Positions 19,893 to 28,940 of a stretch of DNA of 64,000 nucleotides are shown piece after piece. Source of the DNA: a virus (lineage: Duplodnaviria; Caudoviricetes); the IMG/VR virus record IMGVR_UViG_3300027804_002812, positions 64,001-128,000 of that record. One strand, given 5' to 3'. Under the pieces are notes generated by a model. The model saw nothing but the letters and a program-made list of their open reading frames with translations. It was not told the origin of the DNA and ran no database searches. The first letter of the stretch is position 1. Every line of letters begins with the position of its first letter. A program made the translations under genes and the position numbers.

Positions 19893-20048
19893 ATGGGAAG
19901 ACCGTCCAAAAAAGAAGAAGATAAAAAAATTAAAATCGGTATTAGTTTAGATAGACAACTTTATAATAAAATTATGAAAGATGGTGGTAAGGTTTCTCGT
20001 ATAATTGAAAAAATAATTAAGGAGTATTGTGGAGACAAAAATTTGTAG
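19893..20048 (+). CDS. Small RHH-like DNA-binding protein, 51 aa
   Basis: Not in track; MGRPSKKEEDKKIKIGISLDRQLYNKIMKDGGKVSRIIEKIIKEYCGDKNL*; overlaps HNH start; TATTTAT 4 nt upstream. Confidence 0.6.
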   Translation: MGRPSKKEEDKKIKIGISLDRQLYNKIMKDGGKVSRIIEKIIKEYCGDKNL

Positions 20049-20691
20049 TAAGTGTAAGATTAAAAAAGATATTTGTGAATTCAATAAACGAATTACATCT
20101 AAAGACGGAAAGCGAAGTTCTTGTAAAGAATGTGATAATGAAGATATTAAAAAATGGAGACAGAACAACAAAGAGAAATTAAAGTTACAAAGACAGAAAT
20201 ATACCAAAAAACACCATCAAAAAAATTTAGATAGAGGTAAAAAATATAGAGAAAATAACAAAGAAAAACATTTAACTCGTAATAGTAATTGGAGGAAAGA
20301 AAATAAAGAATATTTCATAAAATACTATCAAGAAAACAAAACTAAAATTTCCAAACAATATTCTGAAAGAAAAAAAACAAATATCTTATTCAAGTTATCT
20401 TCATTGTATCGAAGTAAAATAAATAAAGTTTTAGGGTCAAAAAAAAATAACACGACTTTTGAGATTATTGGATGTTCACCTGAAATATTGAAAGACCATC
20501 TTGAAAAACAATTTACTAAAGACATGTCTTGGGATAATCATGGTCTTTTTGGGTGGCATATCGACCATATAGTACCACTATCCTCGGCAAAAACAGAAGA
20601 AGAAGTTTATAAATTATGTCATTATACTAATCTTCAACCATTATGGGCAAAAGATAATTTGAAAAAATCTAACAAGTTGGATTATTTATAG
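20029..20691 (+). CDS. Free-standing HNH homing endonuclease with N-terminal zinc finger
   Basis: 220 aa; CSKC...CKEC; WHIDHIVPLS...LCHYTNLQPLWAKDNLKKSNK; GTG start with AAGGAG upstream. Confidence 0.85.
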   Translation: METKICSKCKIKKDICEFNKRITSKDGKRSSCKECDNEDIKKWRQNNKEKLKLQRQKYTKKHHQKNLDRGKKYRENNKEKHLTRNSNWRKENKEYFIKYYQENKTKISKQYSERKKTNILFKLSSLYRSKINKVLGSKKNNTTFEIIGCSPEILKDHLEKQFTKDMSWDNHGLFGWHIDHIVPLSSAKTEEEVYKLCHYTNLQPLWAKDNLKKSNKLDYL

Positions 20692-20707
20692 TAAATTAAA
20701 GCCAACA

Positions 20708-22246
20708 ATGACTAAAGTACAAGAAAAGATTCAACAACTCGAGTTACAAATTGTAGAACAAAAAGTAACACGAGAAAAAGAGTTGTTAATCACAGAAATG
20801 AAAAAAATTGGAATAGAAAAACTACCTTATTCCTACTCAGCTCTAAAGCAATTTATTGACCCTGAAACAATGGATTTCCATTATAACAAACATTACAAGG
20901 GGTATGTTGATAAATTAAACGACGCTCTATCCAAGAAAAAATATGGAGATTTGGAGTTAGAACAAATAATCAAAACAATAAGTCGATTTGACAAAACAAT
21001 TAGAAATAATGCAGGTGGAGCATTTAACCATGCATTGTTTTGGAACATGTTAACACCTGAACCCAAAAGACTCAAAGGGGATTTACAGAAAAAAATTATC
21101 AAGGAGTTCGGTAGTTTTATTTTATTCAAGAAAAAATTCGAAGAGATTGCCAAAGAAAGATTTGGTTCAGGATGGGTTTGGTTAGTTTTGACAGGTAGAA
21201 ATAGTTTGAAAATCATGTCCACCCCAAATCAAGATAATCCTTTAATGAACATTATTGAAGGTGGAGGTTTTCCGTTATTAGGTTTGGATTTATGGGAACA
21301 TGCATACTATCTCAAATATAAAAACAAAAGAGATGAATATATTTCTAACTTTTGGAAAGTGGTGAATTGGGAATTTGTTTCCAAACTTTATGATATGAAA
21401 ACAGAAACAAAACTTTTGGAATCTGTTGAAATGAAAAAAATTATCAAAGAATTCAAAGAACCAAAATTTTGTGATTCAAATGAAATTACTTTTTATAAGG
21501 AATTAATCAACAACCCTAAGATAAAAAAATTATATCAAGATGGTGTTACTGATGTTTTGAAAAAAGTATTTCATGAATATTGGGTGGAGAGTAATGAGAA
21601 AGAAATGTCAGGATTTTATGGGATTGAATCCGACAGTGCTAGATCGGTTTTGAATAACTTGAATACCAACTTTAATACTTTTTGTTTATTGACAAAGGCA
21701 ATCAATAGACAAATAGAGTCAATTAACAAACCGAACAAAAAATTCGATTTTTCTATCAAAGAAAAACGAACAATTAGTGAGGTCAATAGACTTATATCAG
21801 CATTAGATTATTTCAAAAAAGAAATTTTTACAAAAAACAATGAAGATTTTGTTAACATAATCAGTGTTTTGTTAAAACTTTGGGATAGAGGACAAAAATC
21901 TGAAGACAAAGTTCTTTCTAAAATAGAACAATATTTCGGTAAAGATTCTTCAGTTGAAAAGATAGGTGGACACGGTCAAAAGAGTGACGCATTCAAAGGT
22001 ATTGATTTGATTGTTAATGTTGATGGTAAAAAATACACCGCTCAAGTAAAACCTTTTTCTTCTATAAAAAAAGAAGGAGACAAAATTACAGTCTTGAATA
22101 CAGGCAACGTTAAACCATATAACGTAGATTGGATGATATTTATAAACACTAAGTCTAATAAAATTCTAATTATCGAGAATAATCCAATTGAGAGTCGTGA
22201 CCAATATGTTTTCAATGCGTCATCTCTAATTCACGAAATAGATTAA
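20708..22246 (+). CDS. sod: Fe/Mn superoxide dismutase fused to a C-terminal PD-(D/E)XK-like domain
   Basis: LPYSYSALKQFI, HYNKHYKGY, NNAGGAFNHALFW, FGSGWVWL, NQDNP, LDLWEHAYYL (all four metal ligands); extra ~270-aa C-terminus with GQKSE...GIDLIV...AQVK. Confidence 0.85.
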   Translation: MTKVQEKIQQLELQIVEQKVTREKELLITEMKKIGIEKLPYSYSALKQFIDPETMDFHYNKHYKGYVDKLNDALSKKKYGDLELEQIIKTISRFDKTIRNNAGGAFNHALFWNMLTPEPKRLKGDLQKKIIKEFGSFILFKKKFEEIAKERFGSGWVWLVLTGRNSLKIMSTPNQDNPLMNIIEGGGFPLLGLDLWEHAYYLKYKNKRDEYISNFWKVVNWEFVSKLYDMKTETKLLESVEMKKIIKEFKEPKFCDSNEITFYKELINNPKIKKLYQDGVTDVLKKVFHEYWVESNEKEMSGFYGIESDSARSVLNNLNTNFNTFCLLTKAINRQIESINKPNKKFDFSIKEKRTISEVNRLISALDYFKKEIFTKNNEDFVNIISVLLKLWDRGQKSEDKVLSKIEQYFGKDSSVEKIGGHGQKSDAFKGIDLIVNVDGKKYTAQVKPFSSIKKEGDKITVLNTGNVKPYNVDWMIFINTKSNKILIIENNPIESRDQYVFNASSLIHEID

Positions 22247-22264
22247 CAAAGATATTTATATTAT

Positions 22265-23392
22265 ATGTCAGCAATACCAGAACCAGAACGAAGTAGAATA
22301 TACACTAGAATTAAACACCAATTAGGTGCACCACTCAGAAGTGTTGAACTCGAAGACGAAATGTTGGATTCACTAATGGAATTAGCCATCGGGGATTATG
22401 AAGAATATATCCTTCAGTGGTTAATCGATTCACAGTGGGTTAATCTCGTAAACTTGAATATGAATGAAAGATCGGTTGCCAGAGCGTTGGTAACTCGAAC
22501 TATGGATTTTGAACAACAATTCAGCTATTCATATTCTAAAATTGTGGGTCTTCAAACTGAAGGTCCTTGGGTTCTAAAAAAAGATTATTTCATTTTAAGT
22601 GCTAATACACAAACTTATGAAATTCCTGCAGGACGAGAGGTCAATGAACTATTATGGTTTTCTAACCAAGCATGGACTGCATTTGGATTGGGAGGTCTTG
22701 GTGGATTTGGATTTGGTGGTATAGGATTAGGTGCCAATGAAGCGGGTTACGCTCAAATGGGTTATCAAGGGTCTTATTTCATGATGTCAGGTTTTGATTA
22801 CTTGATTAGAATGCAAGAGGCAAACATCCTTAATAGAATCTTAGGTGGTTCCTTGACATATAGAATTACAGGTCTTCCTGATGGTAAAAAACTTATTCAC
22901 TTGTATAATACTCCGGGGGGTAAATTCAACTGGTCAAATTATAACCTTTATGTTGGCAAAGCGGTATGGTATTGGTATTATGATGTTGAACCTGATAGTA
23001 GAGCAGATTGTTTGAAAAACAATCCTGATATTATCAAACTTCCTACTGACGTACCTATTGAAGAACTAACTTGGACAGACATAAATGTACCAGGTCAGCA
23101 GTGGGTAAGAAGATGGTTCACAGCATATTGTAAAGAAACTTTAGCAAGAGTAAGAGGAAAGTACAGTGGTAATCTGAAAACTCCTGACAGTGAAATTACT
23201 ATGGATTATCAAAGTTTGTTGACTGAAGCTAAAGATGAAAAAACTAAATTAGTTGAAGAATTAATTGGTGCCGAGGGTTGGTTGACAAGAATGAGACCTG
23301 ATAAGGTTATGGAGAGAGAAGCGTTAATTGCTGAGAATCTAAATAAACAAATGAAGTTTAGAGCAATGCCTCGACAAATATACGTAATTTAA
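22265..23392 (+). CDS. Neck/head-tail adaptor protein (T4 gp13-like)
   Basis: 375 aa; IKHQLGAPLRSVELEDEMLDSLMELAI; WVRRWFTAYCKETLARVRGKY...GEI.MDY. Confidence 0.8.
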   Translation: MSAIPEPERSRIYTRIKHQLGAPLRSVELEDEMLDSLMELAIGDYEEYILQWLIDSQWVNLVNLNMNERSVARALVTRTMDFEQQFSYSYSKIVGLQTEGPWVLKKDYFILSANTQTYEIPAGREVNELLWFSNQAWTAFGLGGLGGFGFGGIGLGANEAGYAQMGYQGSYFMMSGFDYLIRMQEANILNRILGGSLTYRITGLPDGKKLIHLYNTPGGKFNWSNYNLYVGKAVWYWYYDVEPDSRADCLKNNPDIIKLPTDVPIEELTWTDINVPGQQWVRRWFTAYCKETLARVRGKYSGNLKTPDSEITMDYQSLLTEAKDEKTKLVEELIGAEGWLTRMRPDKVMEREALIAENLNKQMKFRAMPRQIYVI

Positions 23393-23396
23393 TTTT

Positions 23397-23732
23397 ATGG
23401 CAATAGTAAAATCAATACCTTCAAAAAGAATAATTAAAGGAGAAGTTCTAACTGCTTCAGAAATTTCTGTAGTTTCAGAAACCACGTATAGAACCAACGG
23501 AGAAAGTTGTGTTATTGTAAGAGGTGTTGCTCAATCGGTAATAATTTTGGATTCAACAAATACAGACCACGTTGTGGTTAAATCAATGACCAACCTCACC
23601 ATACTTCCTGATGTCGGACTAATCGACGAAGAATATGATGAGGTTGTTGTTGATAAGTTTGCTTGTATAGAATTCAGGTTCGTTGGAGGTAATTGGTATA
23701 TCCTCTCCTCGGACGGTCTAAAACAATCTTAG
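23397..23732 (+). CDS. Small beta-rich putative virion protein
   Basis: 111 aa; C-term IEFRFVGGNWYILS resembles beta-sandwich modules of phage fibres/baseplate proteins; follows neck gene. Confidence 0.35.
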   Translation: MAIVKSIPSKRIIKGEVLTASEISVVSETTYRTNGESCVIVRGVAQSVIILDSTNTDHVVVKSMTNLTILPDVGLIDEEYDEVVVDKFACIEFRFVGGNWYILSSDGLKQS

Positions 23733-23738
23733 ATTTTA

Positions 23739-23957
23739 CTATGAAAGTTTTTCAATAACATACTCGGCAACATAATCTTTACCGTCACTAATGCCCTTAC
23801 TGATTGTTTTCATTAACTTCTTTAATTCTTTAATTTTTACATTCAATTCAGAATAAGAAGGATGCTCATCAAGGAATTCGTATTTCTTATTTTCTTCAAT
23901 TATTCTATTAGCTAATATTGATAGCTCAGATTCTGTTATTCTAATTATCTTCCTCAT
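23739..23957 (-). CDS. Hypothetical small protein with MxKIIxITE N-terminal motif
   Basis: 72 aa; own TATTTAT motif 20 nt upstream. Confidence 0.55.
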   Translation of the reverse strand: MRKIIRITESELSILANRIIEENKKYEFLDEHPSYSELNVKIKELKKLMKTISKGISDGKDYVAEYVIEKLS

Positions 23958-23984
23958 TTTATTTTTTTTTATTTCTAATAAATA

Positions 23985-26774
23985 CTAGATACTCTTAATT
24001 TTTTCTTCCCAACCTTCTTCCGCCAAATCATACATATAGAAAGGGCTTAATCCTCTTCTTTCCCAATACTTTAATTCTGCTTCAGTAATATCCAATACAT
24101 CTTCTTTTAATCTGTCTTGGTCTCCATCCGCTAAAGGTTGTCCGTTAATCAACTCACATTGTGATGTTGTAAAAATTCCTCTCTTTTCAGGTTCATTAAC
24201 AATTAAACCGTTTCTAACTTCTTCCTGAAATACAACCATAAGAGGTTCAATTCTTTTATTAAATGTAACAATTGCTCTTGGTACATTGTAATCACCAGTC
24301 AGGTCAGGATTATTATCAAGAATGTCTTTATCTAACATATAACAATTAACCACAACGCCATCTTTAACTTCTAAAGATTTAGGGTCTTGAAGTTTATTTG
24401 CTGCGTTCAAATCTTTTAGTTGTTTCACAGTCATTTTCTGAACATCTCCTTGAGAAGCCTTTGTACCGTTATTAACATACATAATTACGTCTCCCAAGTT
24501 TACATTTAGTCCTTCCTGAATAGCAAGTTCCATGTGTGCCATACGAGACATACTATTACCCGACTTAGTTTTGGTTGTTAATCTTTTCTTGTATTCATCA
24601 ATACCCAACTTCACTTTTGCTCTCTGTGCGATTTTGGAAAGAGGAATCTTCTTGTCATAAATCTTCTGAAGATATTCATAGTAATATTCAACAAATTCTT
24701 TACCATCACCTTTAAGTAACATCTTAATACCTTTATCCAAAAACTCTTCAATATAGATTGGAAGTTTCTTTGATTTGATACTATTACCCGTAAGTTTGAT
24801 TTTCCCCTTCGCATCCATAACTGCGTAGTTTTTACGAGCTAAGTTAATACAGGACGGCCACACACCATCAGTATCCAATGCCATCTCACCCCTCATGAAT
24901 ATGTCATTATATTCCGCAACGTCCGCTTCAGGACCATAATATTCTTTACCCAACTTCACTTTCCAATTCAATCCACGTCCAACATAAACTCTGTTTTTAG
25001 CATCTTCAGGTGTGGAAAAGTTCACACCGTCAGTATCCATTACCAATGGAACATAACCTTTCGCCATGAAGAATTTAATCATTTGACGTAGATATTGTCT
25101 ACCTGTACAAGTAATTTGTTCACCCATATACATGTCACCCCAAGCATAAACCTGAGGAGCGGATAAAGCGCCGAACATGGAGTTAATAAAGATTTTAATT
25201 GGCAATTGTTTGTTACCATAGGACTCTGACTTTTTACGGTCGGTTTCATAGTATTGTTCTGCCAAGTTTTTGTATTTGATACGAGTATCACGGAACCACT
25301 TCAACATACCCTTCATTGCACCCGTAACATCACAGTCAGGAAATACATCGTGTACCAACTGAATTGATGGGTATAGAGACGAGAAGTCAAGTTTGAGTAC
25401 GTCTTTACTATATCCCACCTTAAGTAGTCTGGATAGACCACCAACGAAGTCAGTTTTAGATTCTTTGGCAGGAATTGCAATCTTATGTTTATAAGACCAC
25501 GCCATCATCAACATTTTCCACAATGTTGCAGTACCCATAGTGGATACTCTCTCATAAGTGGTTGGAATCATCGCCGCCAACAAGAATGAACCTTGGTTAA
25601 ATTCTTGGTCAACTTTCAAGGTTTCGTCCAAGTCATCGTCAAGATATCTTTCAACCAAGTTGTCACCTGTCACCTTGAGATAAACATCAGACCTCTCATT
25701 ACAAATTTCATCTATCTTGGGATCTTGTCCAACTTTACGATAGTTACCGTTTTGAGTATTCAGCCAAAACTCTTCCTTCTTAGCATAAAATGGACCAATG
25801 TCCAAGTGATCAATGTAAACTCGGTCAGGTGCTTCAGCGTTAATATATTGTGTAATATACTTCAAACCCGCCGACTTGATACTCGAGTTGATTGCCTGTG
25901 CTCTACGAACCGCATGAATAATATCAATAACATTGTAACCCCAAATAGAAGTTTGAGTATATGACTCAACCTCATTTGCAAGTTTCAACATACTTTCTTT
26001 TCTTGTGAAAGAATGGTCGGGATGTAATGAACGACAAATCTTCTTGGGGTCAATACCCAAGATTTTACATCGTTCGAATATCCAATGCCAGTCGAAGTTT
26101 GCCGAATTGTACCCACCAATAATACTTGGTTTCAATTCATTAATAATACTAAAAAACTCTATGATGGCACCTCGTTCTTGAGATTCATCAATACATTCAA
26201 TTACTTTGTGGTATCCTTTGTTTGTCTTAATTCCAATCATGAATATACGACCGTCTTTTGGTTCCAAGGCGGTCGTTTCTAAGTCAAATACAAGGCGGGT
26301 AACTTGATTATAATCTTCAAACCCTTTGAACAATCTTTTTTCTTTTTGTACCAAGTATTGTTCGACAGGAGAAAGAATCGTAATTTTTTCTTTTGTTCTT
26401 TCTCCCCATGGGTCACATCCACCTTCTCTAAAAAATTGTACAAGTTCACGGTATCCCTTTAGAGATTTAACCATAAAGGTCATACCCTTTTCTAATCTTG
26501 GATTACCGTGTGTCTCGAGTTTATCAATCATGATACCATGTTTGGTCATGGCTTCTTTCTGTGCGGCTTTGGAACCACCATAAAAGTTAATGTCTCGTAA
26601 ATCACCAACCCACGCAAATGGAGTAAACGTATCCTTACGGATTTCTTTACCTTTGCCTGGAATTTCTTTGATTTTGTAAATGGAGTTGGAAGCGTAGTCG
26701 AACTCAATGGCGACTATAAATTCTTCGGGGTCGTTTCCGTGTAGGAACGATTCAATTTCTTTTTCTGTAAACAT
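23985..26774 (-). CDS. polB: Family B DNA polymerase with 3'-5' exonuclease
   Basis: 929 aa; FDLETT (ExoI), GYNSANFDW (ExoII), LDFSSLYPSI (A), KIFINSMFG (B), MDTDG (C); no intein. Confidence 0.95.
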   Translation of the reverse strand: MFTEKEIESFLHGNDPEEFIVAIEFDYASNSIYKIKEIPGKGKEIRKDTFTPFAWVGDLRDINFYGGSKAAQKEAMTKHGIMIDKLETHGNPRLEKGMTFMVKSLKGYRELVQFFREGGCDPWGERTKEKITILSPVEQYLVQKEKRLFKGFEDYNQVTRLVFDLETTALEPKDGRIFMIGIKTNKGYHKVIECIDESQERGAIIEFFSIINELKPSIIGGYNSANFDWHWIFERCKILGIDPKKICRSLHPDHSFTRKESMLKLANEVESYTQTSIWGYNVIDIIHAVRRAQAINSSIKSAGLKYITQYINAEAPDRVYIDHLDIGPFYAKKEEFWLNTQNGNYRKVGQDPKIDEICNERSDVYLKVTGDNLVERYLDDDLDETLKVDQEFNQGSFLLAAMIPTTYERVSTMGTATLWKMLMMAWSYKHKIAIPAKESKTDFVGGLSRLLKVGYSKDVLKLDFSSLYPSIQLVHDVFPDCDVTGAMKGMLKWFRDTRIKYKNLAEQYYETDRKKSESYGNKQLPIKIFINSMFGALSAPQVYAWGDMYMGEQITCTGRQYLRQMIKFFMAKGYVPLVMDTDGVNFSTPEDAKNRVYVGRGLNWKVKLGKEYYGPEADVAEYNDIFMRGEMALDTDGVWPSCINLARKNYAVMDAKGKIKLTGNSIKSKKLPIYIEEFLDKGIKMLLKGDGKEFVEYYYEYLQKIYDKKIPLSKIAQRAKVKLGIDEYKKRLTTKTKSGNSMSRMAHMELAIQEGLNVNLGDVIMYVNNGTKASQGDVQKMTVKQLKDLNAANKLQDPKSLEVKDGVVVNCYMLDKDILDNNPDLTGDYNVPRAIVTFNKRIEPLMVVFQEEVRNGLIVNEPEKRGIFTTSQCELINGQPLADGDQDRLKEDVLDITEAELKYWERRGLSPFYMYDLAEEGWEEKIKSI

Positions 26775-26840
26775 TTTCTATACACGAGTGGTTTATTGGC
26801 TTTCACACTAACGTGAAGTTTACCTTACTCATCGAGTATA

Positions 26841-26868
26841 AATATAACGGAAATTTGTGTCTTGTCAA
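26841..26868 (-). promoter_or_regulatory. sigma70-like promoter for DNA polymerase overlapping a TATTTAT motif
   Basis: Minus strand TTGACA(26868-26863)-16 nt-TATATT(26846-26841); TATTTAT at 26844-26838. Confidence 0.55.
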
Positions 26869-26869
26869 A

Positions 26870-27247
26870 TTAGCAACATGCAGTTTCAGAAATAAAACTG
26901 TCTTGTATATTAATAAAAAGTTCTTCTCTGATTGGAAGAATCAAACTACCTTCGTCATTTCTGATTAGGAATTGACCCTGATATCTTCCAGGAGTATTTG
27001 TGTCTCTTGAGGTGAACTTGAAATAAATATAGTATTCGGGAGCGGCTCCCAAAGGTAAAATTAAATTAACGATTTCACAAGGTGCTGAAACAATCTTGGG
27101 TATTCCTGTTTCCACATCAATCATGGTAAAAAATATAGTCGAGACCTCAAGGTCTTCCATGAGTTGTTGGTAACCTGCTCTTCCGTCTTTTACCACCTGC
27201 ATTTTTAACACAGGGAGAGTTGCGTTCTTTTTAATATAAAATTCCAT
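26870..27247 (-). CDS. BppU-like (baseplate upper protein N-terminal, Ig-like) virion protein
   Basis: 125 aa; FYIKKNATLP..., YFKFTSRDTNTPGRYQGQFLI...LILP pattern; TATTTAT 4 nt upstream. Confidence 0.55.
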   Translation of the reverse strand: MEFYIKKNATLPVLKMQVVKDGRAGYQQLMEDLEVSTIFFTMIDVETGIPKIVSAPCEIVNLILPLGAAPEYYIYFKFTSRDTNTPGRYQGQFLIRNDEGSLILPIREELFINIQDSFISETACC

Positions 27248-27263
27248 AACAATAAATATACTG

Positions 27264-28940
27264 TTATGACTCTTTACGAAGCCCCCTATCGTAATGTTCG
27301 AATCTATCGTGTTCTGTTGGAGTTAGTAGTAATAATCCAGGGTTTAATTCCCCCTTTTTTACAAGTTGATACATGTGAGACATCCAAGTTTGTTCAAATG
27401 GGTGTGCCCACGTTGTATCTAAAAACATTTTTTGATTTCCTGTTCTTGAAACAATTTGAGGCCAGTTACAGTAGTAGACTTCACCTTTGGTGTAAGGTAT
27501 ACCTTTATAAGATAAAACCGCATGGAATTCTGTCTTAGGGGCATTAGGATCTAATCCAATTTCAGGTAGTCTAGGTTTGTCAGGCCAAAATTCGGTTCTT
27601 ATGTGTTGAGGCACATTATACCATGACCACTGAGTACCGTTATCTCCATAAAACTCACTGTAATTTAACTTTAAGAAATCTAAATTTTCTTTTTTAATAA
27701 TTTCTAAAGACTTACTGTATAAGTTAGGGGCATATCTATTGAATCCATTTCTACAAACCTTACCTTCATTTGGATAGAAAAACATATCATCTTCAAAAAA
27801 CAAGTAATAATCCAAATCAGTTTCATTTTGGAAATGTTCTGCTACCCATTGTCTTCCCCCACATATCCCTAAATTATCTTTTTTAATATGTTCAAATCCA
27901 AACTCATTACAAATTTCCAAGTATTCTTCGGTAGTTGACAAATCACTTGAATTGTCTAATAAAAATTTACTAGTTTTGTTGAGATAATCTTTATCGTACG
28001 CTAACATAGAATCAATCAATGTCTTGAATTGTTTTGGACTATTGAATGTGATAACATACAGACCTACTTTGTTTGTATCTAAATTATTTACAACTTGTAC
28101 AGAACTTTCATTTTTTACTTTCAGGGTATCATTTTTTAAGTCTTCGAAGAATTTACCAACTAATCCATTTCCTTCGATTTCAAAATAATTGAATAGGTCT
28201 GAATGTTTATAGCACATGATACTGAATATCGATTCTTCAGTACCCATGTATCCTTCTTCTAAAGTACTTTTTAACAATCCATAATAAATTCCATTAACAT
28301 CACTAATTGTGTGTTTCGGGCCACCAAAAAATCCACCTCGAGCGACTTTAGTTACTTTATTACCGGCAATGGAATTTAACTTGTTATATTCAAATCCATG
28401 AATTTCTCTTTCCGCATCATAAGGGAAACAAATGAATGAAAATTTTGAAATGTATTTAGATAAGTTGTTCAAAACTTTATCGTGAGTAAAATAGCCTGGA
28501 TGCACTGTATTAGTTAATCCACCATCAATCCAAAACATATACTCCGAATTAAATTGGTCCATGATTTTGGCATCATGTAACAAAAACACTTTTGACATGA
28601 CCAAAGGATTATAGTTTTCCAAACGACCTTGTGTAGATTCCTTTAACCACCCCGACAAATTATACCATTCGGGGTTTGTTCTAATTTTTTGAATTAACGG
28701 AAAAAATTCAGAGTTAGTAAACCAACTAAGTGGTCGGGTGATGAATTGAGTATTTTCAGTATTTCTTCTTTCAAACACAAAAGTTTTTAATTCTTCATCT
28801 CCGAACACTATTAGATTTTCTTCAACCTTTAATAGTTGTTCGAATTTATCCAAATAGTGCTGATAAGACCTACTCCAACCTTCAGTTAGTTCTCCACGAC
28901 CAATGTCCCAAATACCTGTGACTAAAGTTATATTACTCAT
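27264..28940 (-). CDS. HtrL/YibB-like glycosyltransferase fused to a GT-A (GT2-like) domain
   Basis: 558 aa; ITLVTGIWDIGRG, FWIDGG, GGFFGG, GTEESIF; second domain GLYVITFNSP...NLGICGGRQ...FFEDDMF. Confidence 0.65.
   Translation of the reverse strand: MSNITLVTGIWDIGRGELTEGWSRSYQHYLDKFEQLLKVEENLIVFGDEELKTFVFERRNTENTQFITRPLSWFTNSEFFPLIQKIRTNPEWYNLSGWLKESTQGRLENYNPLVMSKVFLLHDAKIMDQFNSEYMFWIDGGLTNTVHPGYFTHDKVLNNLSKYISKFSFICFPYDAEREIHGFEYNKLNSIAGNKVTKVARGGFFGGPKHTISDVNGIYYGLLKSTLEEGYMGTEESIFSIMCYKHSDLFNYFEIEGNGLVGKFFEDLKNDTLKVKNESSVQVVNNLDTNKVGLYVITFNSPKQFKTLIDSMLAYDKDYLNKTSKFLLDNSSDLSTTEEYLEICNEFGFEHIKKDNLGICGGRQWVAEHFQNETDLDYYLFFEDDMFFYPNEGKVCRNGFNRYAPNLYSKSLEIIKKENLDFLKLNYSEFYGDNGTQWSWYNVPQHIRTEFWPDKPRLPEIGLDPNAPKTEFHAVLSYKGIPYTKGEVYYCNWPQIVSRTGNQKMFLDTTWAHPFEQTWMSHMYQLVKKGELNPGLLLLTPTEHDRFEHYDRGLRKES

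Noticed and set aside
18103-26774. Inteins or introns in helicase and DNA polymerase
   Set aside because: Conserved motifs are contiguous at normal spacing; no intein splice motifs or interrupted frames seen
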